DNA of 54,646 bases from an uncultured Mollicutes bacterium. Lineage in GTDB: Bacteria > Bacillota_I > Bacilli_A > Acholeplasmatales > Anaeroplasmataceae. Below, piece after piece: positions 9,946 through 17,755 of the stretch (within the stretch, counting starts at the first letter, position 1; every line of letters begins with the position of its first letter). Made by a program: the position numbers and the translations under genes. Location of the stretch: positions 1 to 54,646 of the forward strand of contig CALCWU010000140.1 in the NCBI GenBank assembly GCA_937905855.1. Direction: 5' to 3'. Below the pieces are notes generated by a model that searched no databases, was not told the origin of the DNA, and worked only from the letters and a program-made list of their open reading frames with translations.

Positions 9946-11130
9946 ATGGAAGATGAACTAAGAAAATCATATAAAAAAATTTTGTTACCAGTAACAATTG
10001 TACTTGTTTTTTTATCATTCGTTATTGCTTGGTTTGGATTTAAGATGCCTGAAAAACTTAAGCGTTATAAACCTGAAAATTTAGATTTAGAATTTGTTAA
10101 ATATGGTGAAGATTTAGATAATGGTACGAAAAAACATTTCTTTTACAGTAGTGAATATTATCCAATTTGTAAATATAAATCAAAAGCTAATTTAGAGGAT
10201 TATTTTGATTTTGAAATTAATGGTGACGAAGCTTATATTTCAAAATGTAAAGTCGAAGAGTCTTCTATATATTTACCAGAGGTTTATAATCATAATGGAA
10301 AAACATATAAAGTAACTAAAGTTTTAGAAAATGCGTTTAATATCGATACTCATAATTACATAGCATATACATTTAAGATTTATGGAACAAAAAATATTGT
10401 AAGTTTAGATGATCATTTCTTAGAAAGCAAAGGTAATTATTTAATAGATTTGATTTTACATAACTTTAATAATTTGAAATATATTGGAATTGGATCATTT
10501 CAGTTAGGAGATGGTACAAGATTTAATGATAACTTGGAGAGTGTTCATGCCTTTAATACAATTGAATTATATGATATGTATATAGGCAATAACCTAAAGT
10601 TTATTTATCCCACAGCAATTGATGTAGAATATTATAAGATGTTATTTGAAAAAGCAATATTAACTCCAAGTCATACAACTTTTAGAGTATCAAAGAAAAA
10701 CAATTATTATGTAACTGAAAATGGCTGTTTATATTCAAAGGATAAAACAATACTTTATAGATGTTATAGATTTATTAATGAATATGAATTGAATAATTAT
10801 CCGATAAATAAAATTGCATCATTTGCTTTTGTAGTTAATAATAGAGTATCAATATCTATTAATAATGATATTGATGAAATAGCTATGTTTGCATTTGTAC
10901 CAAATTGCTATGTAGAATTTAATGGAAATATTAACAAAATAAGTTCATATGTTTTTGGAAATAGTCATATAAACGGAACAAAAATAACTTTTAATGGTAA
11001 TATAAACGAAATAGAAAATAATGCATTTACATTATTTGATGATTTTAAAGTAACCATTAATATTAATGGTAATGTTACATCATATGGTAGTCAAGAAGGA
11101 GATTATTTAGCAAACGTTATTACTAAATAA
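9946..11130 (+). CDS. N-terminally membrane-anchored BspA-type leucine-rich-repeat (LRR_5-like) protein
   Basis: The ATG is 2 nt after the upstream stop and GGAGG lies 7 nt upstream, so it is likely translationally coupled. One TM helix (ILLPVTIVLVFLSFVIAWFGF). LRR_5-like strings such as IYLPEVYNHNGKTYKVTKVLENAF and INKIASFAF. Paralogue of 11404-12552. Confidence 0.7.
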   Translation: MEDELRKSYKKILLPVTIVLVFLSFVIAWFGFKMPEKLKRYKPENLDLEFVKYGEDLDNGTKKHFFYSSEYYPICKYKSKANLEDYFDFEINGDEAYISKCKVEESSIYLPEVYNHNGKTYKVTKVLENAFNIDTHNYIAYTFKIYGTKNIVSLDDHFLESKGNYLIDLILHNFNNLKYIGIGSFQLGDGTRFNDNLESVHAFNTIELYDMYIGNNLKFIYPTAIDVEYYKMLFEKAILTPSHTTFRVSKKNNYYVTENGCLYSKDKTILYRCYRFINEYELNNYPINKIASFAFVVNNRVSISINNDIDEIAMFAFVPNCYVEFNGNINKISSYVFGNSHINGTKITFNGNINEIENNAFTLFDDFKVTININGNVTSYGSQEGDYLANVITK

Positions 11131-11286
11131 TTAAATTAAGTCAAATTATTTTTATTGTTACTCAATCAATAAAAGCTCTGATTGATGCAGAACCAAGACT
11201 AGCATCACCACAATAAATATATAATCTTGCTATAAAACAAAAGTAATTTTTTTTGATAAAAATTATAAAAAGGAAAATGCTTTAAA

Positions 11287-11389
11287 ATGAAAAAAAAATA
11301 GTTTTATTGGTTTAATGACATTTGATGTTTGCTTTACATCTTATTCTGGCAATGATTATTACTATAATCTTAGTATAAATAGAAATTAA
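11287..11389 (+). pseudogene. Deletion scar of a second copy of the 7934-9943 gene (start fused to last 22 codons)
   Basis: atgaaaaaaaaatagttttattggtttaatgac parallels gtgaaaaaaattagttttattatttttatgtcac at 7934. Nt 11324-11389 translate to DVCFTSYSGNDYYYNLSINRN*, which parallels the C-terminus IMFTSISGKDFNYTFDFSRNMED* of the intact copy. The upstream leader (caaaagtaatttttttt...gaaaatg) also parallels 7884-7933. Confidence 0.7.
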
Positions 11390-11403
11390 AGGAGTGTTAT
11401 TTT

Positions 11404-12552
11404 ATGGAAAATGATTTAAAAAAATCATATTTGAAGATTTTATTACCAATATTGATAATATTATTGATAATTGGTGTTGTAATTGGTTATTTTGCATTGG
11501 ATATGAATACAAAATTAAAGAGATATAAGCCTTCAAATTCGGATTTAAAATTTGTTACCTACATAGAGGATACAAATAATGGTGTGAAGAAGCATTTCTT
11601 TTATAAAGATAGCTATTATCCACTTTGTGAATATAAATCTAATGTTAATTTAGATGATTATTTTGATTTTGAAATTGAAAATAATGAAGCCTATATTTCC
11701 AAATATAAAGGTAATTCAAATACTGTTTATTTACCATCAACATATAAAAATTATAAGGTTGTAGGTGTAAAATCTGGGGCTTTTGATGAAGAATCATTCG
11801 TACGTAATATTTATGGTAATGAAAATATTTTACGTTTAGAGAATAGATTTATTGAAAATGATGGTTTTAAGTTTGTTTATTTTCATAATTTTCCTAATTT
11901 AGAATATTTAGGATATGGTAGCTATAATATTGGCTATTTTATGCTTAATAATAATCTAAAGCAAGCTCATTCATTAAATCTTTTGAACGTTAACATTATG
12001 GAAAGATTATATATTGGTGATAATTTAGAGCTTTTATCTCCTGATGAGGAAGAAATTAATTTTATTCTTTCGCAAATTAATTATTTTAGTAATTTGTTTT
12101 CTATAAATATTACTCTTTCAAAGAAGAATAGTAGATATACATTAGTAGATGGCTCACTCCTTTCAAGTGATTTGAAGACATTATATTATTTAAGAGATGA
12201 TTCAAATCAAAAAACAATCGAAAATGTAACAAAAATTGCATCCTTCGCGATTACCTGTCTTTCAAATAAAGAATATAAATTTGAACAAAGAATTGAAGAA
12301 ATTGAAAGCTTTGCTATTGGAATTAGTAATACTATAAATTTTTTAAATGGTGTTGATAAAATTAATCCTTATATATTTTGTAGTAATTATGGCGATTTAA
12401 ATATTAATATTGAAGGATCTATTGATGAGATTTGTGATAATGCTTTTAGCTTATATGATGAGAAGCAAGGTGGCGAGGTTCATCTACCAAAAAGTATTAA
12501 TAAATATGGAGTTCAAAGTGGACCATATTTACCAACAATAATTATTAATTAA
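11404..12552 (+). CDS. N-terminally membrane-anchored BspA-type LRR protein, paralogue of 9946-11130
   Basis: The first roughly 100 aa align residue-for-residue with the upstream paralogue (ME-DL-KSY-KILLP...KLKRYKP-N-DL-FV-Y-ED-NG-KKHFFY...YYP-C-YKS--NL-DYFDFEI---EAYISK). An AGGAG SD lies upstream. Confidence 0.7.
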   Translation: MENDLKKSYLKILLPILIILLIIGVVIGYFALDMNTKLKRYKPSNSDLKFVTYIEDTNNGVKKHFFYKDSYYPLCEYKSNVNLDDYFDFEIENNEAYISKYKGNSNTVYLPSTYKNYKVVGVKSGAFDEESFVRNIYGNENILRLENRFIENDGFKFVYFHNFPNLEYLGYGSYNIGYFMLNNNLKQAHSLNLLNVNIMERLYIGDNLELLSPDEEEINFILSQINYFSNLFSINITLSKKNSRYTLVDGSLLSSDLKTLYYLRDDSNQKTIENVTKIASFAITCLSNKEYKFEQRIEEIESFAIGISNTINFLNGVDKINPYIFCSNYGDLNINIEGSIDEICDNAFSLYDEKQGGEVHLPKSINKYGVQSGPYLPTIIIN

Positions 12553-12559
12553 TGAAATT

Positions 12560-12594
12560 AAGTCAAATTCTTTTTTTGAATTTGGCTTTTTCTT
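12560..12594 (+). terminator. Rho-independent terminator ending the duplicated module
   Basis: Stem aagtcaattc-type (aagtcaaattc / gaatttggctt, one G-U pair), loop ttttttt, then a T-rich run. Confidence 0.6.
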
Positions 12595-12652
12595 ATTTAT
12601 AATAAATATAAAATATGCTAAAATATATCTATATTTTATGGAGTTGATTATA

Positions 12653-13270
12653 ATGGGTGCTTTTATTACTTTTGAAGGTGGAGAGGGTAGTGGAAAAACT
12701 ACAATAATAAGAAAGATTGTAGCTTCTTTAGAGGAACTTGGGTATAGTGTTGTTTCTACAAGAGAACCAGGTGGAATTGATATTGCTGAGCAAATAAGAG
12801 ATATTATCCTTAAAAAGGAAAATACGAAAATGACTAAGGAAACTGAGGCATTATTATATGCTGCTAGCCGTATGCAGCATTTATCAGAAAGAGTAATTCC
12901 TGCTTTAAATGAGGGTAAAATTGTTATATGTGATAGATATTTAGATAGCTCACTTGCTTATCAGGGCTATGCTAGAGGTCTTGGTATTGAAAATGTATTA
13001 CAAGCAAATCATTTTGCTTTGGATCATTTGCCTGATTTAACGTTTTTTATTGATGTTACTCCTGAGGTTGGTTTAAAAAGAATAGAAAGACGCAATGAGT
13101 TAAATAGGCTTGATTTAGAAAAGCTTGATTTTCATCATAAGGTTTATGAGGGTTATTTAAAGCTATGTGAGCTTTATCCTAAACGAATTATTAAAATTAA
13201 TGGTGAAAGAAGTATAGATGCTGTATATAAGGATGTATTAGATAAGATTTTAGCATATTTAAAAAGGTAG
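12653..13270 (+). CDS. tmk: Thymidylate kinase
   Basis: P-loop FITFEGGEGSGKTT, plus DRYLDSSLAYQG and a LID-like RIERRNELNRLD. The ATG at 12653 has GGAG 9 nt upstream and an extended -10 (TGcTAAAAT, 12616-12624). The ORF-track ATG at 12638 would be nearly leaderless. Confidence 0.9.
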   Translation: MGAFITFEGGEGSGKTTIIRKIVASLEELGYSVVSTREPGGIDIAEQIRDIILKKENTKMTKETEALLYAASRMQHLSERVIPALNEGKIVICDRYLDSSLAYQGYARGLGIENVLQANHFALDHLPDLTFFIDVTPEVGLKRIERRNELNRLDLEKLDFHHKVYEGYLKLCELYPKRIIKINGERSIDAVYKDVLDKILAYLKR

Positions 13271-13280
13271 GTAGATTCTT

Positions 13281-14240
13281 TTGAATATAAAGGATATGGT
13301 TTTAGCCCAAAAGCAAATTAAAATGTTAATAGATAATTCTTATAAAAATGATCGCTTAAACCATGCTTATCTTTTATATGGTGATGATGGTGTTGGTAAA
13401 AAGGAAATGGCATTATATTTTGCCTGCAAGATATATTGTCCAAATGGCGGCTGTATGGAATGTAGTGTTTGCAAAAACATAATTAATGGTGAGCATTTAA
13501 ATGTTAATATTATTGGTCTTTTGGATAATAAAAAGCTTTTAAGTAAGGAGCAAATTACGGATCTTCAGGAGGAATATTCGCGTACTAGCTTAGTTAATGG
13601 TGCTAGAATATATATTGTTGATGGTATTGACACTGCTAGTGTTGCTGCTCAAAATAGTCTTTTAAAATTTATTGAGGAGCCCCAAAACCAAGAAGAAACC
13701 TATGGTATTTTTATCGCAAGGGATAAAACTAAGGTTGTTTCTACTATTCAAAGCCGTTGTAATTTAATTTATTTTCCAACCCTTGATAAAAAAAATTTAA
13801 TTGCTTCAATTACTGATATTCCTCTTGAAAAAAAGGTTATGCTTTCTTATTTAACTAATTCCTATGAGGAAATTATAAAGCTTAATGCTGATGAAAAGCT
13901 AGGTAATGTAATTGAACAGGTTTATAAATTTATGGAGATTAAGAATTCCTGTGGGGCAATTTTATTTTATTTAAATCAAAATAATATTTTAGTAGATAGC
14001 TATCTATCTTATTTCTTAAGATTTTTAATAATAATTCATGAGGATATGATTCATGATTTTTATAAAGAAGATTTGTTATTTTACCCACTTCATGATAAAA
14101 TAGAGGTGTACAAAGAAAGATATAGCATTGCAGAAATTAAGACTAAGCTAGAATTATTGCTTGAGCTTGAAAAAAGAATCAATTTTAATGTTATATCTAA
14201 AAATATTCTTCATGAGTTAGTTGTTAAGTATTATTGTTAG
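13281..14240 (+). CDS. holB: DNA polymerase III subunit delta'
   Basis: HAYLLYGDDGVGKKEMALYFA P-loop-like motif, a zinc module CPNGGCMECSVC, SRC motif STIQSRC, and a position after tmk as in Bacillus. Apparent TTG start. Confidence 0.85.
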   Translation: MNIKDMVLAQKQIKMLIDNSYKNDRLNHAYLLYGDDGVGKKEMALYFACKIYCPNGGCMECSVCKNIINGEHLNVNIIGLLDNKKLLSKEQITDLQEEYSRTSLVNGARIYIVDGIDTASVAAQNSLLKFIEEPQNQEETYGIFIARDKTKVVSTIQSRCNLIYFPTLDKKNLIASITDIPLEKKVMLSYLTNSYEEIIKLNADEKLGNVIEQVYKFMEIKNSCGAILFYLNQNNILVDSYLSYFLRFLIIIHEDMIHDFYKEDLLFYPLHDKIEVYKERYSIAEIKTKLELLLELEKRINFNVISKNILHELVVKYYC

Positions 14241-14253
14241 TAGGTGATTAGGC

Positions 14254-15114
14254 TTGAAGGCTGTTAGAGTTAAATTTAAAAATTTAGGAAAAAAATATTA
14301 TTTTTCTGTTAATAATAAAGAGCGCTTAGCTGATGGAGATAAGGTTGTTGTTAATACAATTAGAGGCTTAGAGCTTGGCTTTGTTGTAGGTGATGTTTTT
14401 AATCTTCAGGGTATTGATGCTGATATGGAGCTTAAGGATATTGTTCGTAAAGCAACAAATGAGGATATAAAGCATTATGAACAAAATAAAGCTATGGAGC
14501 CAAAAATTATTGAGGATACTAAGAGATTAAGCAAAAAAAATAATTTGGAAATAAAAATATTAGGTGCAGAATATACCTTAGATTCTAGTAAGCTAATTAT
14601 TTATTTTGAGGCTGAGGGTCGAGTTGATTTTAGAGAGCTAGTTAAGGATTTAGCGGAAATATATCGAACTAGAATTGAATTAAGACAGGTAGGATCTCGT
14701 GATGGTGCTAAGGCCTTTGGTGGTATAGGACCATGTGGCTTAATTGTTTGCTGTCAAACCTTTATAACAGAATTCAACAATGTTTCTGTTAAGATGGCTA
14801 AAAATCAAAATTTAAGCTTAAACCCAGTTAAGATTTCTGGTAATTGTGGAAAGCTTTTATGTTGTATTAATTATGAGGATGAATTATACACTGAGCTTAG
14901 AAAAAATGCTCCTGAGGTAGGAGATATTGTTACTGATGAGCATGGTGATGCTAAAATATTAAGTGTAGATGTTTTAAATAAAACAGTTAAGGTTAAATAT
15001 TTGGAAAATGATGGCTTTGGCTTTTTAAAGCCTGGTGAATTTGAAATCAAAGAAAGAAAACGTGATCGTAATAAAAATAAAGAGGTAGCAAAAGATGCCA
15101 CAGGTCTTGAATGA
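14254..15114 (+). CDS. yaaT: PSP1-domain protein (stage 0 sporulation protein YaaT / RicT)
   Basis: Conserved Cys cluster GPCGLIVCCQTF...GNCGKLLCCINYE and a position directly after holB. TTG start with GGTGA SD. Confidence 0.85.
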   Translation: MKAVRVKFKNLGKKYYFSVNNKERLADGDKVVVNTIRGLELGFVVGDVFNLQGIDADMELKDIVRKATNEDIKHYEQNKAMEPKIIEDTKRLSKKNNLEIKILGAEYTLDSSKLIIYFEAEGRVDFRELVKDLAEIYRTRIELRQVGSRDGAKAFGGIGPCGLIVCCQTFITEFNNVSVKMAKNQNLSLNPVKISGNCGKLLCCINYEDELYTELRKNAPEVGDIVTDEHGDAKILSVDVLNKTVKVKYLENDGFGFLKPGEFEIKERKRDRNKNKEVAKDATGLE

Positions 15115-15829
15115 GCTACTAGGAAGACCACTTCTTAAAATATATCAGGATAGTGACATATTTAATTTTTCTTTAGATTCAATGCTACTTGCCTCATTTG
15201 CTAGTGTTGGGAAAAGATGCAAAAATATTGTGGATTTATGTAGTGGGAATGCTCCTATTCCACTTTATTTATCACTTAGAACCGATGCTAAAATAATTGG
15301 TGTTGAGATTCAAGAATATTCCTATGAGCTAGCAATGAAGAGTGTTTTAATCAATCATAAGGAAGATCAAATTTCCTTGATACTAGGTAATTTATGTGAT
15401 ATATATAAAAAAATAGGTACAGATTGTTATGATCTTGTTACCTGCAATCCACCTTTCTTTAAAAAGGGCAGTGCTTGTTTAAATCCAAATGATGCAAAGG
15501 TAATTGCTCGTCATGAGGTTATGGCTACCTTGGATGATGTTATTAAGGAGGCATCTATTCTTTTAAAGAGTGGCGGTAGATTTGCTATGGTACATCGTCC
15601 TGATCGTTTAGTTGAAATAATTGATACCCTAAAAAAATATAAGCTTGAGCCTAAGAGATTACAATTTGTTTACCCTAAGGTTAATAAGGAATGTAATCAT
15701 ATTTTAATAGAGGCGGTTAAAGAAGGAAATAGTGGTGGACTTAGGGTCTTAAGCCCTTTATATGTATATAATGATGATAATAAATGGACCAAAGAAATTT
15801 TAAAAATATATAATTATGAGGAGGAATAA
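15095..15829 (+). CDS. SAM-dependent methyltransferase, YabB / tRNA1(Val) (adenine37-N6)-methyltransferase-like
   Basis: SAM motif I VDLCSGNAPIPL and N6-adenine motif IV VTCNPPFF. It sits in the yabB position after yaaT and overlaps yaaT by 20 nt. Confidence 0.8.
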   Translation: MPQVLNELLGRPLLKIYQDSDIFNFSLDSMLLASFASVGKRCKNIVDLCSGNAPIPLYLSLRTDAKIIGVEIQEYSYELAMKSVLINHKEDQISLILGNLCDIYKKIGTDCYDLVTCNPPFFKKGSACLNPNDAKVIARHEVMATLDDVIKEASILLKSGGRFAMVHRPDRLVEIIDTLKKYKLEPKRLQFVYPKVNKECNHILIEAVKEGNSGGLRVLSPLYVYNDDNKWTKEILKIYNYEEE

Positions 15830-15831
15830 AT

Positions 15832-16239
15832 ATGTTTTTAAGTTATTTAAGTAAGAAGGAAAAATTAAAATTCTTGGATTTAGCTATTTATATGGTTGAT
15901 ATTGATGGCGAGCCAACAATATTTGAAAAAAGAATTTTAAATAAAATGTTTGCTGAGGTTACAGATGTAAAAGAGGAATATTCTTTTACTAGAACTGCAA
16001 GCATTGATGAAACAATTGAATTCTTTAAGGATGCTAATCCTGTTGTAAGAAATATTGTTTATCTAAATTTAGTTACAATTTCTATGGAGGATGATTTATA
16101 TAATACATCTGAAATGCTATTTTTAGAGAAAATTCAAAAGACATTTAAAATTAATGATGAAAAACGCCGTGATTTAATTAAAATCGTATATGATGAAAGA
16201 GATTTGCGTGAGAAAGCTGCTAGAGTCATTAAGAGCTAA
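15832..16239 (+). CDS. Small cytoplasmic helical protein, possibly TerB-like
   Basis: 135 aa with no TM segment. KLKFLDLAIYMVDIDGEPTIFEKRILNKM resembles TerB/DjlA-N-type helices, but this is weak. Tightly packed between the yabB-like gene and rsmI. Confidence 0.4.
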   Translation: MFLSYLSKKEKLKFLDLAIYMVDIDGEPTIFEKRILNKMFAEVTDVKEEYSFTRTASIDETIEFFKDANPVVRNIVYLNLVTISMEDDLYNTSEMLFLEKIQKTFKINDEKRRDLIKIVYDERDLREKAARVIKS

Positions 16240-17096
16240 TGATTAGAAAAAAGAGCTTTGATGGTACACCAACGCTATATTTAGTTGCAACCCCGATAGG
16301 TAACCTAGAGGATATTACCTATCGGGCAATTCATATTTTAAATGATGTTGATAAAATATATGCTGAGGATACACGCAATTCCTTAGTGCTATTAAATCAT
16401 TATCAAATTAAAACTCATTTGGAAAGCTATCATGAATTTAATCAGGAAATAAAAACTAAGGATATTATTAATGAACTTTTAAGCGGTATGAATATTGCGA
16501 TTATAACTGATGCTGGTTTACCGGTTATTTCTGATCCTGGCTTTAAAATTGCAAGAGAAGCAAGAAATCAAGGCATTGCAGTTACAACTATTCCTGGTGC
16601 CTCAGCTGGTATTAGTGCTCTTGTCGCTTCAGGTCTTCCTCCTAAGCCATATACATTTTATGGGTTCTTGGATTCTAAGAGTAGTATAAGAATTAATGAG
16701 CTTAATAATTTAAAATTTTTAAAGTCTACCCTTATTTTTTATGAAGCACCTCATCGTATAATTGAATCATTAATAGATATGAGAAATGTTTTAGGTAATC
16801 GTAATGCTGTTATTGCAAGAGAATTAACTAAAAAGTATGAGGAATATATTTGCGGCACATTAGATGAGCTTATTAATTCTTCAAATCTTAAGGGTGAAAT
16901 GGTTGTTCTTATTGAAGGCTATCAGGAAGAGAGTACAACAATTTTAAATCCTAATGAAAAGATTGATGAGCTTATATCCTTAGGCTATAAGCCTAATGAG
17001 GCAATTAAGGAAGTTGCAAAAATGATGAATCAGTCAAGAAATGATATATATAAGGCTTATGCTCTTTATAAAAGAGGCAGCGATGAAGAAGATTAG
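16239..17096 (+). CDS. rsmI: 16S rRNA (cytidine1402-2'-O)-methyltransferase
   Basis: N-terminal LYLVATPIGNLEDITYRAI and AEDTR, with a tetrapyrrole-methylase-like fold pattern. TAATG start/stop overlap with the upstream ORF. Confidence 0.9.
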   Translation: MIRKKSFDGTPTLYLVATPIGNLEDITYRAIHILNDVDKIYAEDTRNSLVLLNHYQIKTHLESYHEFNQEIKTKDIINELLSGMNIAIITDAGLPVISDPGFKIAREARNQGIAVTTIPGASAGISALVASGLPPKPYTFYGFLDSKSSIRINELNNLKFLKSTLIFYEAPHRIIESLIDMRNVLGNRNAVIARELTKKYEEYICGTLDELINSSNLKGEMVVLIEGYQEESTTILNPNEKIDELISLGYKPNEAIKEVAKMMNQSRNDIYKAYALYKRGSDEED

Positions 17097-17694
17097 TTTA
17101 ATTTGTTTGATGCTTTTTTTTCTTTTAGGCTGTAGTTCTTTATCTAAAGATGAAAAGAAATTTTTAAGCTTATATGAAAATCCTGATTATGCTTTAGAAT
17201 ATCAATATTTAGAAAATGATCAAAATATTGTGTCTATAGAATATCAAAGCTTAATGAAAAAGCTAAAGAAGGATACATTTATTCTTTATGTTGGTGGTTC
17301 TTGGTGTAATAATTGTCAGGCTTCATTACCATTTATCCAAAAAAGTGCCATTAATAATGATGTTATTATTTATAATTTTAATCCAAGACTTAAAAATGAA
17401 TATGAGTATGATATTAGAAATTGTACTAATAAGACTACTCTAGGATTATATAAAAGATTTATTGAAATGACCAAATACCAAAATCCTCTTGGTATTAAAA
17501 CAGAAAATACGGATATTGATCGAATGAGCGTTCCTACTGTTTTAGCCTATAAAAAGGGTGAAATGGTTGGTTATGTAACTAGGGAATATTTATATGATGG
17601 TAAGATTTTATATTTAGATGATGATGAAGTAAAGGTTGATTATAGTGCTTCATATTTAAATGAGCTTAATGAATTAATGAATAAAATAAAGTAA
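17083..17694 (+). CDS. Thioredoxin-fold lipoprotein with CxxC motif
   Basis: The start at 17083 gives the lipobox signal MKKISLICLMLFFLLGC. Redox-type motif GGSWCNNCQ. SVPTVLAYKKGEMVG resembles the thioredoxin cis-Pro region. Overlaps the rsmI end by 14 nt. Confidence 0.65.
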   Translation: MKKISLICLMLFFLLGCSSLSKDEKKFLSLYENPDYALEYQYLENDQNIVSIEYQSLMKKLKKDTFILYVGGSWCNNCQASLPFIQKSAINNDVIIYNFNPRLKNEYEYDIRNCTNKTTLGLYKRFIEMTKYQNPLGIKTENTDIDRMSVPTVLAYKKGEMVGYVTREYLYDGKILYLDDDEVKVDYSASYLNELNELMNKIK

Positions 17695-17755
17695 TTTACT
17701 TTGAAAAATTAAAAATTAGATGTATAATGTAGTGTATTAGAAAGAGCGTGATTAT

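Larger units (their letters stand above)
7884..12577. repeat. Ancient tandem segmental duplication (unit 1 about 7884-11153; unit 2 about 11236-12577 with a roughly 1.9-kb internal deletion)
   Basis: Three things are homologous between the units: the leaders, the first-gene ends and the LRR genes. Both 3' flanks share ttaaattaagtcaaatt / gaaattaagtcaaatt. Divergence is high, with the proteins roughly half identical by eye. Confidence 0.7.

Noticed and set aside
14871-15131. ORF 14871-15131(-)
   Set aside because: It lies antisense within the yaaT/yabB-like overlap, so it is a shadow ORF.
17695-17755. T-box leader upstream of metG
   Set aside because: The spacer is only 61 nt, far too short for a T-box. 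No specifier or T-box sequence is visible.
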